From NCBI RefSeq assembly GCF_009914755.1, contig NC_060933.1: 64,000 nt of DNA; one strand, written 5' to 3'. Shown one piece after another: positions 1 to 12,252 of the stretch. The position numbers were made by a program, and so were the translations under genes. The notes under the pieces were generated by a model. The model did not search any database and was not told where the DNA came from. It saw only the letters and a list, made by a program, of their open reading frames with translations. The DNA is from the human T2T-CHM13v2.0 reference genome, Homo sapiens. Within the stretch, counting starts at the first letter, position 1. Each line of letters starts with the position of its first letter.

Positions 1-182
1 CTCAGGTTGGTGTAGGCGTTTCTTGTTTCTTGAGTCAAATATGCAGACATGCCACTGCAAATGGATGACTACTCAGTTTGTTTGCTTGTGGATTTTTACA
101 ACTTCATCGGTGTTTTATCAGTCAAATTGTCAGTGTTTTTAACAGTTGATGGATATGATAGAAATTGGTACGGTGTAAGTCT

Positions 183-340
183 GTGGTTCTCAACTCTAGC
201 TGCATATGAGAATCACTCAGGGAGTTTGGAAAAATGCAGATGCCAGGGCCCAGGGCCAGGGATGTTGATTTGATTGGTCTCTATGAGGCCTGGGCATTAG
301 TGCTAGGTGCTGGCCAGTGATTCTGAGAAGTAGCCAGGCA
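183..340. mobile_element. MER5A-like hAT-Charlie MITE relic
   Basis: GTGGTTCTCAACTCTAGCTGCATATGAGAATCAC...AAAATGCAGATGCCAGGGCCC...GTGATTCTGA resembles the recalled MER5A consensus. Confidence 0.6.
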
Positions 341-1129
341 GGGGTATCTCAAGGTGTGCCAGGCAGCCTGCAGGTACTTTCAGAGGAATATGCCATGTGA
401 TTTAATCCTCACATCAGTATAACAAAGGCATTGGGGTCCTCATTTTGCAGAAAAAGGTCTGTATTTTTGAGTGATGGCATGATTTTCCCAGAGCCACATC
501 ACTAGGGTGTAGAAGGGTGTATTTCATTTCTGACATCGTATTTGGAAATTGTGGGTTGGAAAAGCTAATTCAGTTCCACTCAAATAAAATGGTTTACTTG
601 TGAAATGTTTTTCCACCATCTGCGCCTCTGAAAATAGAGTGGCAATTTCCATTATGGAATTGTAGAAAGTTTGACCCCCAAATGTACAACTGATAAAAAG
701 TGAAATTAAATAACACACCCCACTTTAGAGAAGGAATCCCAAAATAGGTATCTTAAAATTATTTCCATTTTTTGCTTTTATGTTTATACATTTCAAAGAA
801 GAGATTCAGCCAACCTTTATTTTTTAATGTTTGAAACAGCATTTTCCCCTGTTATTTCTGAGCAAGATAAACCCAGGAAGCACTAGAAATTTCAAGCAAT
901 ATGGTTTTTTTTCTTGACGATAACACTTGAGTAGTGTAAAATATTGATAAAATAAAAAGTCACTTTTGTTATTATAAATGGTTTGGAATTATTACTTTAG
1001 TTACAAATAAATTCCAAATATAGAAGGTATTGTTACAATGACTTTGACAAGCATGATTGCTTCCATATTAGGCTCATACTACACCTCTGTACATATGTGA
1101 ATCTTTGTACAAAATGTCTTTTTTTCCCA

Positions 1130-2250
1130 ATTGAAAGGCAATTTTTAGCATGTGATAAAATATACAGAAGGTTAAAAAAAGAGATGATTGTGAAAAGGCA
1201 GTAAACCTGCTAGCCGAGTGTCACTATCCTACTGGTTCCCAGAATCAACTATTTTTACCAGATTTTTGTTTTATTTTATTTTTATTTTATCCTTCTAGAA
1301 ATACTACATGATTCTACAAACATAAAATACATATATTTATCTTTTCACTTAAATAGCAGCATACTATAAATTCACAGTTTTATATCTTGCTATTTTTACT
1401 GGCTAATACTTCTTTGAGGTCATTATATCAACACATATAGACCTACTTCATTATTTTTAGTGACTACATAGTGTTACATTGAATGGATGTGCCATAGTTT
1501 GTTTAAATGAGTACCCACAGGTGGGCATGAGTTGTAATATTTTTTGTTTTACAGACAATACTATCAAATGCTCTATGAAGTGTTTGAACCAACTTACACT
1601 TTGGCCAGCAATGTATGAATGTCTGTTTCCCTATGCTTTAGTCAACTCTGTATTATCACATTTTAAAATGTTTGCCTGAGTCTAACGGGGGAAAATGCTT
1701 GCTTATTGTTTTAATTTATGTTTTGCATTCATATCTTAGAAAGCAATTCATAGTTTATTCTGAGAAGTGCCTGGAACTGCTCATATATATTGAAGGATAT
1801 AAATACAAATAGCAATGCAAATATTCATGTATGTACCACCTAGCTTCATGTGTAGAACATCAGTGATTTTCTTTAAAAAAGCTCTGTGGATGGTTCCCAT
1901 TTCTTCTTCAGCATTCAAAGATCACGATTACCCTGAATGGCATCTTCTCTTCTCTTGCTTTTTTCAATAGTTTAATGATATTTGATGAGTCCCTAAATGT
2001 TAGATCATTTAGCTCTGTGTGCTTTTTAAGTTTCTACATGTGAAACCAAACTACATGTATATATTTGTAACATAATTTTTTTTTGCTCACTCAAAAATAT
2101 TTTTTATATATTTTTTAATATTCACGAATATCTATACCTAAGAGTGTGTTTCTAGTGTTCTGAAAAATTCTCAGGTACTATCTCTTCAAAAGTTACATTC
2201 CTCATTCCAGAATTCCTCATCCTGATCTCCATGTCTCTTAACTTCTTTAT
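1130..2250 (-). mobile_element. Ancient L1M (L1ME-like) fragments
   Basis: Degenerate antisense L1 3' phrases (AACTTACACTTTGGCCAGCAATGTATGAATGTCTGTTTCCC; CTTATTGTTTTAATTT); boundaries approximate. Confidence 0.5.
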
Positions 2251-2274
2251 TATTTCTATTTTATTTGTATTTTT

Positions 2275-2572
2275 TAAAATTTTATTTAGAGGTAGGGTCT
2301 TGCTCTCTTGCCCAGGCTGGAGTGCAATGGCATGATCATAGCTTACTGCAGCCTTGAACTCCTAGGCTCAAGCAATACTCACATCTCAGCCCTAGAACAG
2401 CTAGGACTACAGGGACATAGCACCATGATGCCCAGCCAAGTTTTTTCTTTAATTTTAGAGACCGGGTCTCACTATGCTGCCCAGCCTAGTCTTGAACTCC
2501 TGGCCTCAAGCCATCCTCCCATCTTGGCCTCCCAAAGTGCTGGAATTACAGGCGTGAGCCAACACACTTGGC
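2275..2572 (-). mobile_element. AluJ-type SINE
   Basis: Antisense Alu from GGGTCTTGCTCTCTTGCCCAGGCTGGAGTGC to CCCAAAGTGCTGGAATTACAGGCGTGAGCC; J-type diagnostics (GATCATAGCTTACTGCAGCCTTGAACTCC). Confidence 0.9.
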
Positions 2573-2899
2573 TTCTTAACTTCTTTTCAATATTTTTCAT
2601 CGATTTTGTTTTATGTTACATTTTAGAGAAAAAGTATTTATATCTCTGCATAAACTAAATATCTCAGTCTGTATAATCTATGATTTAATTTATCTGTTAA
2701 CATTTTTATATCAATTTTTTAACTTCCAAAATAAGTATTATTAATTTTTATATCTCTTTTGTCTTTTTATAGTCTTTTTTCTTGCTTATATTTTAAGTCA
2801 TTTTTATTTGAATGTAGAAATACAGTTATTTCACAGTTTCATTTGATAATGTTGATATCTGAAGTCCTACTAAATATAATTCTGCTATCTGTTATTTAT

Positions 2900-4950
2900 T
2901 TTGGCTATCACTCAAAGTGCCTTGAAATCTTTGCTATTATAAATGGTATCTTTTATACAATCCATCTTCTAGTTTTGGGTTACTGGTATACAGAGACAAA
3001 ACTGATGCTCACTTTACATACTGATTTTATCCACTGTCCTTGATAAATTCATAAATTAATGCTAATTTGGGTCCTTCTACATACACAATCACTTGTAAAT
3101 AATGACAGCTTCCCAGTCTTCATTTATTTAAACCTTTATTTATACCTTTTATTTCTTTTCTTGCCTAACATCACCCGCTAAAATCTCTAGGTCAATGTTA
3201 ACTAGAAATTACAATACTAGGCATTCTCATCTCCTTCATAATCTCAGGTGACTAGCTTTCAGTATTTCATCATTGAGCTCTACGTTTGCTATAAGGTTTT
3301 TATAGATACTTTTTAATGGATTAAGGAAGCTTCTTCCATTACTAGTTTGCTAAGAGGGCTTTCTTCATTTATCATGAAAGGACATTGAATTTTATTAATT
3401 TTTTGCATCCTCCAAAACATGGAATGATTTTCAGTTATTACTAGACATGAACCCATCTAGATTGTGATATATTATTATTTTTATCTAACGTTAGAGTCAA
3501 TTTATTAATTTTTGTTTAGAAATTTTGTATCCATGTTCATGGAATTGGCCCGTAATTTTCCCATCTTGTTATGCTCTTTTCAGGCCTACAAATAACTATT
3601 TAAAAAGCATTTCCTATGTTTATATTCTCTGTAAGAGTTTTTGTAATATTGGTGGTGTTTCTTTCTCAAATGTTTGGTAGAATTCACAGGAAAGCCATCT
3701 GGACCTGCAGTTTTCTTTGTGGAAACATTTTTTTAAAGCAGCTTTATTGAGACATGATTTACATATCATAAAATTCATCCATTTAAAATGTAAACCTTAA
3801 TGATTTTTAGTAAATTTACAGAATTGTGCAGCCATCACCAAAATCCAATTTTAGAACATTTTCACCACCTCAAAAATATACCTCATACTAATTTGTAGTT
3901 ATTTTTATTCCAACCCCCAGTTCCAGGCAACCACTAATCTACTTTCTATCTCTATAGATCTACTTTTTCTGACCATTTGGTATAAATATAATTGTACAAT
4001 ATGTAGCTTTTGTCCCTAGCTTCTTTTACTTAACATAATAATTTTGAGATTCATCTATATCATAGCTATGTGATCAGCAGTTCATTCCTTTTTATTGCTG
4101 AATAGCATTTGACAATATGAATATACTTTATCTTGTTTATATATCCACCCGTTGATGAATATTGGGTATTTTTATGTTTTAGCTATTACTAATAATGTTG
4201 CTATGGACATTTATGTGTAAGCCTTTGTAAATACACGTTTTCATTTCTTAGAGTGGAATTGTCATATTGTTTGTTGTATCTATGTTTAACACCTTAAGAA
4301 ACTGCCAAACTGTTTTCCAAAGTGGTTGTACCATTTTACATTTCTATATCCAATGTTGCAGTGTCTTCATATCTCAATAATACTTATTATCTTTTTTACT
4401 ATAGCCATCTAGTGGGTATGAAGTGATATCTCAATGTGGTTTTGATTTGTGTTTCCTAATGACAGATGGCATTGAATATCTTTTCACATGCTTGCTTGCC
4501 ATTTGTGTATCTTCTTTGAAACAATAATTATTCAAGTTATTTGCCCATTTTTTAAATTGGGCCACTAACTTTATTATCATTGAATTGTCAGTGTTCTTTA
4601 TATATTCTGGATACATGTCTTTTATGAGACACAGGATTTGCAAATATTTCATCCAAGTGTCTGGCTTATCTTCTCATATTCTTAATAATTTTGAAGCACA
4701 GAAGTTTATTAGTTTGATAAAGTCAATTAAAATTTTTTTTGTTTATAAGCCATGCTTTTCTAGGTATTATAAGATACTATTATGTATTGTATCTAAGAAA
4801 TCTTTTCCTAACCCTCAGGGTCAAAAAGATTTTCTCCTGTGTTTTCTTCTAAAAGTTTTATAGTCTTAGAAGTAACATTCAGGTCTATGATCCACTTTGA
4901 GTTAATTTTTGTGTCTTATGTGAAGGGTCTAAATTAATCTTTTTATGTAT
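2900..4950 (-). mobile_element. Old L1M ORF2/3'UTR fragments (L1MB/ME-like, probably two pieces)
   Basis: Minus ORF 4431-4652 translates to L1 ORF2 C-terminal-like KKWANNLNNYCFKEDTQMASKHVKRYS; antisense L1M 3'UTR starts ~3730. Confidence 0.75.
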
Positions 4951-4979
4951 GCAGGTAACTAATTTTAAATGAAAAAGAA

Positions 4980-5900
4980 TAGCAACACTGGATGTTAGTG
5001 AGGATATGAAACAAATGAAACTTTCATAAATTGTTGAGAGAATATAAAATGGTAGGATCTATTTAAGAAAATAGATGGCTGTTTATTATAAATTATAACA
5101 TTTATCGACCTTATGACCAAGCAATTCCATTTTTACCCAAAACAAATGAGAATATATGTCCATAAAATAAGTTATACATGAGTAGTCATAGCAGTATTAT
5201 TCATAAAAGCCCCAAATGGGAAATGGCTGCAGTGTCAATAAACTGTGATGTATTCATAAAATAGAATACACTACTCAACACTAAAAAAGGAAAAATAATG
5301 TTGTTACATGCAACAACATGGTGAATTTCAAAAACATTATCCTGAAGGTAACAAATCATACAGACAAGAGTGCCTATGTTATGATTCCGTTAATATAAAT
5401 TTCTAGAAAAAGCTACCATATGATTTTCTTTACAAAGCACTAGAACAAAGGGAGAAAATATCAGAACAATAGGCATCTCAGGGTTAGAGGGGGGATGAGT
5501 ATTTCTATAGAGGGAGGGTGAGAAACTTTCTGGAATGATGGACTGTTATATATTGATAGGGGTTTAAAATACCAAGATGTAAATCAAAACTCAGTGGATA
5601 CACACTTAAGAATTTTGCATTTCGCTATGTGTACATTTAATTTCAAAAGAAGAAAACTACTGAAAAATTAATTAAACTGTTGTTAGAAATATATGTGTTG
5701 AACTTGCAGTTTCACTAAAATATGAGATGATTGATGGTTGGATGGATAGATATGTATCTGTGAATGGATAGATCTGTAGTAAAGTAAATATAGCAAAAAG
5801 TTAATGGTAGAATTTAGGTGGTAGGTATATGGGTGTTCACTGTTAAATTCTTTCCACTTTACTGTACATTTGAAACTTTATATAAAAATACTTTTGGAAA
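4980..5900 (+). mobile_element. Old L1M (L1MC/MD-like) 3' end
   Basis: Sense L1 3' phrases: ATGACCAAGCAATTCCATTT, CATGCAACAACATGGTGAATTTCAAAAACATTAT. Confidence 0.65.
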
Positions 5901-6455
5901 TTTAAAAAATGTGTTTCATCATTTCCTCAAACCCCAAATTATTTATTTTACTGTCACAGAAAGAAGGAAGAAAACTTGGATTCACTTCAAGACATATTCT
6001 AGAGAAGGCCCTGTCTTCTCTTTATATTTTTATCTATATTTCAAGTTAAGAAGATGTGAAACTTTAGTCTACATCTTATCTAAATTTATTCATCTCTTTA
6101 GGGTAGCCAAACTTGCTCCTTTTTAATCATGACAATATCCAGGGGACTTTAAAGAGTATCTTAGTTAATTTATTCATTTCATGCACAGAAGCCAGTCAAA
6201 AACGTTTTTTGAGGAGCTTAATTTGATGTCTTTATTTTAAAAAAAGTTATTGGTTATTGAATTATGTAGAATGCACAAAAGTAGCCCATGATCCAAAGGA
6301 AATGAAGTTATTGTCTCTATTTACTTTGTTCCTGATGGTTCAAATTATCTTACTCTTACCAAAGTGGGATAACCTTCATTTCATATTTACAAAATGTTTA
6401 TTGAGAGCCTGCTATAAACCAAGTTCAAGGGCCACAAAATCAAATAGATCATACC

Positions 6456-6821
6456 TCATATGATTTTGCTCTGTGTCCCCACTCAAATCTCATCTTGAAT
6501 TGTAATCCCCATGTGTTGGGGGAGGGGCCTGGTGGGAGGTGATTGAATCATGGGGTAGACGTCCCCCTTGCTGTTTTGGTGATAGTGAGTTCTCAAGATA
6601 TCGGTTTGTTTGAAAATCTGTGGCACTTCCCCCTTTGTCCTCTCTCTCTCTCATGCCACCATGGTAAGACGTACCTTGCTTCCCCTTCCTTTTTTCCCAT
6701 GATTGTAAGTTTCCTGAGGCTTCCTTAGCCATGAGGAGCTGTAAGTCAATTAAACCTCTTCTCCTTATAAATAACCCAGTCTCAGGTAGTTCTTTAAGCA
6801 GTGTGAAGCTGGACTAATACA
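6456..6821 (+). mobile_element. MST (MSTA/B-like) MaLR solo LTR
   Basis: CTGTGTCCCCACTCAAATCTCATCTTGAATTGTAATCCCC start, GGACTAATACA end; flanks ATACC/ATATC form a 5-bp TSD with 1 mismatch. Confidence 0.85.
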
Positions 6822-7273
6822 ATATCCATAATGAGTTTAAAGTCTACAGAAGAAACTTTCCCTTTCTTATGCTTTTCCCTTTAATTTATTGTTAAAATAT
6901 TGAGTTTTTAAATAATAGACTCTCCACAAAACTGCCATGCCAATGTTACTATTTTCATTTTTCCACAGTACAATTTCTTTATGCCACTATTTATTTTACA
7001 TTTTTACATAATTTCTATTTTTTACATTTGACTTTATAGTAATCACATTTTCTCATGTAAATTACTCTGGAATGACCTCTTGTCATAGAGTGTAAGAGAG
7101 ACTAGGAAAGAGTATAATAAAGATAGGCACAAACAAGTTTCTTCCCAAGAAAAACAAAGCAATGAAGTTAGTCTAGACTTTATTTTCCAGGAACTAGTAG
7201 CTTCCTCTCCCTTCTCTGTAGAAGAACTAGGAGTACTTGTCTTTCTTACACTCATTTTTCTACATTTTCTTAA

Positions 7274-7632
<359 letters not shown>

Positions 7633-7657
7633 TTATCAATAAAATTGTAAGCTCTGA

Positions 7658-7790
7658 GGCCAGACGGGATTGCTCATGCCTGTAATCCCAGCACTTTGGG
7701 AGGCCGAGGCAGGCAGATCACGAGGTCAGGAATTCGAGACCAGCCTGACCAACATGGTGAAACCTTGTCTCTACTAAAAATACAAAAATG
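7658..7790 (+). mobile_element. Alu left monomer (AluS-type) directly upstream of an AluY
   Basis: GGCCAGACGGG...CTACTAAAAATACAAAAAT, followed immediately by a new GGCC Alu start at 7792. Confidence 0.9.
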
Positions 7791-7791
7791 A

Positions 7792-8419
<628 letters not shown>

Positions 8420-9137
8420 TCATAATAAATTCTTAATTACTTAGCTTCTTGTCTGTATTTGCTTTTTCTCTAAAACAAATGTTATTTATTCCAGAGATGA
8501 GCAGCTGGATTTGTGAAATATACATGAAATGTTGCTTGAGTTGGAACTATTTTAGGTGAAAAAATATTATCACAGTATCTAGTGAACCAGCAGTCTTCTG
8601 AAATGGGGCAGAAGCGATGAATGGTTTTACCTTCGTAATTTTTGAAAAAATCAGAGTCATACCTGAAAGTGAGTCTTCCTATTAATTTATAGATATGGTA
8701 TTAAATGTTATTAGTTTATAAGACAAAACTTTACCTGAATGCATTTGGTTGACCATAATTGGTATCAGGCTAGGTAGTGTAGCAAAACTCAACAAAGAAT
8801 TTGACCTATTGGCAGGAAGGATTCTAAGAAGAGAAAGAGTAGAGGTAACGGTGTGTTACAGAATTAGGCATAGCAGGAATTAGAAATAGGTATTAGGCTA
8901 TGTGGGTTAATTTTGAGTATGTCTTGGAAGACCTCGGTTAATTTGGAGCCCGTGAATTATACCAGGTAAGGACTCTTGAGTTTGGGTCCGGTGAAACATT
9001 GAGGTGGATAAGGGCAGAAGGTCAGAGGAAGGAGAATAAACAGTTGCCATTTCGCTTATTCATATGACATATTTATACTGGGAGCTTATTGCAATTAACA
9101 CTGCACATTCAATGATGAGAAATATATGTATAGTCTT

Positions 9138-9608
9138 TGTATCAGTCAGAGTCTCAGCAAGAAAGAGAAGGTACACTCCAAATGAACAATTTGAGTAGAT
9201 CTTCTTTGAGAAGAATTATTTACATAGGTATGGGCAGGATTTCAGGAAACCAGCAAGGCACGGTGTTGGGTTCTAAGGCAGTTACAGTGGAAAATGGTTA
9301 CCAGGAAAAGTAGCTGCTTTGAGAAACTGACAGAAACAGAGGCATTGGATACAAGTGTGCCATCTAACCATGATAACCCACTATAACTAGGACACTTATC
9401 TCCATCTCACTTTGTCCTTGTCCTCCAGTCTCCTGAGAATGCCTCACATTGATCACACCCAACTGGAAGCAAGAGGACAATGAAGCCTGTTGATAGAGTG
9501 CATGTGAATCAGCAGCTTCTGGGGCAGAGAGAAGGGTGGAGAAGGTTGGACAGTGGATAAGGGTGGACTGTGGATAAGGGTGGGTGGCAAACGGAAGATA
9601 ACCAGCAG
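9138..9608. mobile_element. Ancient MaLR/ERVL-type LTR relic (MLT1-like)
   Basis: Begins TGTATCAGTCAGAGTCTCAGCAAGAAAG, resembling old MLT termini; highly diverged. Confidence 0.4.
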
Positions 9609-9656
9609 AGCTTCTCTTCTCACGAAGCTTTCATTTTAGGGCAGTGATTTCATTTA

Positions 9657-9880
9657 GGGCAGTGAGGAAGATTTTGCTCCCTCAGAGGACATTTGGCAAT
9701 GTTTGGTGATATTTTTTAAATTGTCACAACTTGAGGGAGTGGTGCTACTGGCATCTTGTGTGTAGAGGCCAGTAGAGGGCAAGGATGCTGCGAAACATCA
9801 TACAATGCACAGTATTGCACACGCCTCCCTCAAAACAAAGACTTGTTTAGCCTGAAATTCCAACAGTGAGGAGGTCTGTT
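9657..9880. mobile_element. MER20 hAT-Charlie MITE
   Basis: GGACATTTGGCAATGTTTGG...TTGTCACAACT...GGTGCTACTGGCATCT...GGATGCTGCGAAACATCATACAATGCACAG. Confidence 0.8.
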
Positions 9881-9949
9881 TTAGTGCAGGAAAAAATATT
9901 TGTCAAATTATCATATAAATGAATGTAAAATTGTAAACTATGCAGTATT

Positions 9950-10260
9950 CTGTGAAAGATGGTCACTTACTGCTATCAAGATGCAGGATCAGAGAGGCTT
10001 TTGTGAAGATAGGATGATTAAGATTTGAAGGGTGAATCAGAGGTAAGTAGAGCAAGGAAGAGGAGGGGAAAAATAATCCGAGCAGAGAAAACACCATATC
10101 AAATGCCTAAGGCAAGAAGCAGAATGGAAATCTTCAAGAAAAGGAAGGAACTCTGGTGGGATGGAATGCAGAGAAAAAGAGAGAACTTGGTACAACACTG
10201 GATTGCTGGACCCAGGCCAGATGCAGCAGGGAATTTTGGACCATTTAAGAAGTGCAATGT
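9950..10260 (-). mobile_element. L2 LINE relic
   Basis: Purine-rich antisense L2 3' phrases (GATTTGAAGGGTGAATCAGAG...AAATGCCTAAGGCAAGAAG). Confidence 0.5.
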
Positions 10261-10424
10261 CTTTGAGCACATACATAGGTGCAAATAGTAGACATGCAGA
10301 TGCTTATCCTCAAAGGTAAATCAAGATACAGAAAAACATAGCCACTTTTAGGATGTCCTTTTAGGACAAGATGGGGGTGAACAGACAGTTAGAATAGCCT
10401 CCCCTCCACTGCCCCTCTAGAGGC

Positions 10425-10660
10425 AACACGGCCTGTGATTAAGGGTATTCAATCTCTGGAGCCAAATTGCCTGAGCATAAATCCTGCCAGACACTGATGA
10501 GCTGTTTGACTATGAGCAAGATAAACTTTCTGAGCCTATTTCCTCCTCTGTAAAAAAGGGCTAATAATGGTATATTCCTCATAGTGTTATGAAAAAAATT
10601 AAAAATGGAAACAATGTCTGGATAGTGCCTGGCACATAGTAAGCATCTCACATAGTATTA
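10425..10660 (+). mobile_element. MIR SINE
   Basis: MIR core CTGAGCCTATTTCCTCCTCTGTAAAAAAGGG and 3' AGTGCCTGGCACATAGTAAGC. Confidence 0.8.
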
Positions 10661-10720
10661 GTAGTAGCAGTAGCAGTAGTAATATTTGTTGTTGTTGTTG
10701 TTGTTGTTCAAAAAAAAAAA

Positions 10721-10945
10721 AGGGTTGGGATATTGTTGCCTGTTAGCCGAATTTAGTGACTGCCTGCTTTTGTACATAAAGTTTTACTGGAACACAGCCA
10801 TGCTTATTTGCTTGCATATCTCTATGTCTGCTTTCACATAATGATGATAGAATTAAGTTGTTGGAATAGAGACTATATGGCCTACAAAGCTGAAAATATT
10901 TACTGTCTGGCTCTTTACAAAATAGGTTTTCAGACCCTTACTCTA
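10721..10945. mobile_element. MER58A-like hAT-Charlie MITE
   Basis: ATAAAGTTTTACTGGAACACAGCCATGC...GGCCTACAAAGCTGAAAATATTTACTGTCTGGCTCTTTACA. Confidence 0.8.
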
Positions 10946-11070
10946 GAGGGATTAAGCACTGCTTGTCCCATGGAACTGAGCCATCATGGGTTCCTTCAAC
11001 AGTTTTCTGAAGACACTGTAAAAACTCTCTTTCCATATTTTGAGTCCTTATTCCACTTTCTAAAAGTGCA

Positions 11071-11570
11071 CTTACCCTATATTCTAAACTAGCTCCCAGA
11101 ATCTCGACTCTTTTTTAGTCTATCTTAATAAGAGATTCTTAATGGGAGCCTCTTACTCTACTAACCTCTCCAGTTCTTGGTTAACAAAATACTCATGACT
11201 CTGCTGTAGCTATTTAGAGCTGTGATACTGTAATCTTACCCTGTATTCTAAACTAGCTCCCAGAATCTTGACTCTCTTTTTTAGTCTATCTTAATAAGAG
11301 ATTCTTAATGGGAGCCTCTTACTCTACTAACCTCTCCAGTTCTTGGTTAACAAAATACTCATGACTCTGCTGTAGCTATTTAGAGCTGTGATACTGTAAT
11401 CTTACCCTATATTCTAAACTAGCTCCCAGAGTCTTGACTCTCTTTTTTAGTCTATCTTAATAAGAGATTCTTAATGGGAGCCTCTTACTCTACTAACCTC
11501 TCCAGTTCTTGGTTAACAAAATACTCATGACTCTGCTGTAGCTATTTAGAGCTGTGATACTGTAATCTTA
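11071..11570. repeat. Tandem repeat, 3 copies of a 164-166 bp unit
   Basis: Units start CTTACCCT at 11071, 11235 and 11401; nearly identical; array ends with a partial CTTA. Confidence 0.97.
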
Positions 11571-11729
11571 GGCTTTGTCATTGTAGGATTGGTCCTAGAT
11601 ACCACCTTCTTCCCACCTAGTTGAAATTATATCCTACCTGGTGGGATTCACCAGAGGCTCACCAATTTTGCCCTGAAACAAGTCCTCACGCTGAAAGACT
11701 GAAGTAAAATACAATATCCAGATTTACAG

Positions 11730-11930
11730 AGGACTTACTGAGTTCCAGGCATTATTATAAAAATATTAAACAGATTATCTCATTTAGTCCTCAATCTGAT
11801 AATCCACATTTTATAAATTAGGATTCTGAGGATTAACAGAAGCAGCACCTTCCCCAAGGTCTCCCTGCTGGTCAGATGCCTGAGGCCAGCCAGTGTGACT
11901 GTGGGGCCATTTCCTTAACCTCCTCCTCAC
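11730..11930 (-). mobile_element. MIR relic
   Basis: CTCATTTAGTCCTCA...CCACATTTTATAAATTAGGATTCTGAGG...CCCAAGGTC antisense MIR core. Confidence 0.55.
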
Positions 11931-12252
11931 TGTGAGAGCTGACACCTGGCATTGTAGGTACGAGTCCTCGAACCACAATCTCCACTTCATCTAAAGAACA
12001 GATGGAACGGGAGAAGCAATAAGAGCTCAGTAACACAAGGAGTCTGTCCCTGGAGGGTTAAATTCTCATGCCTGCAAGTATAGAAATCCAGAAAATCCAT
12101 CTGGATGGCAGATTAAGGGAGGAACACCAAGAAGGCCCTGAAAACTGAGGCAAATTTTTGTCTCAGAGAGATTTTTACATGCTTTTGGGAAAACAAACAA
12201 AACAAAACAACACAACAGTATAGCTAGCTTGGAGCCCAAAGGTTGAAGAATA

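Noticed and set aside
49-273. 74-aa ORF at the window start, and other 60-100 aa ORFs in unique DNA (e.g. 60690-60875, 61229-61522)
   Set aside because: No recognisable domain or splice-supported exon structure; the first runs into a MER5A relic; lengths are expected by chance
2308-2658. 116-aa ORF and similar Alu-overlapping ORFs (7347-7568, 7852-8079, 7904-8419, 14882-15313, 45968-46366)
   Set aside because: Typical antisense-Alu translations (PRLECSG..., ASQSAGITG); no evidence of being genes
11071-11570. Possible CRISPR-like array or alpha satellite
   Set aside because: Units are contiguous with no unique spacers, the DNA is eukaryotic, and the sequence does not resemble alpha satellite (no CENP-B box seen)
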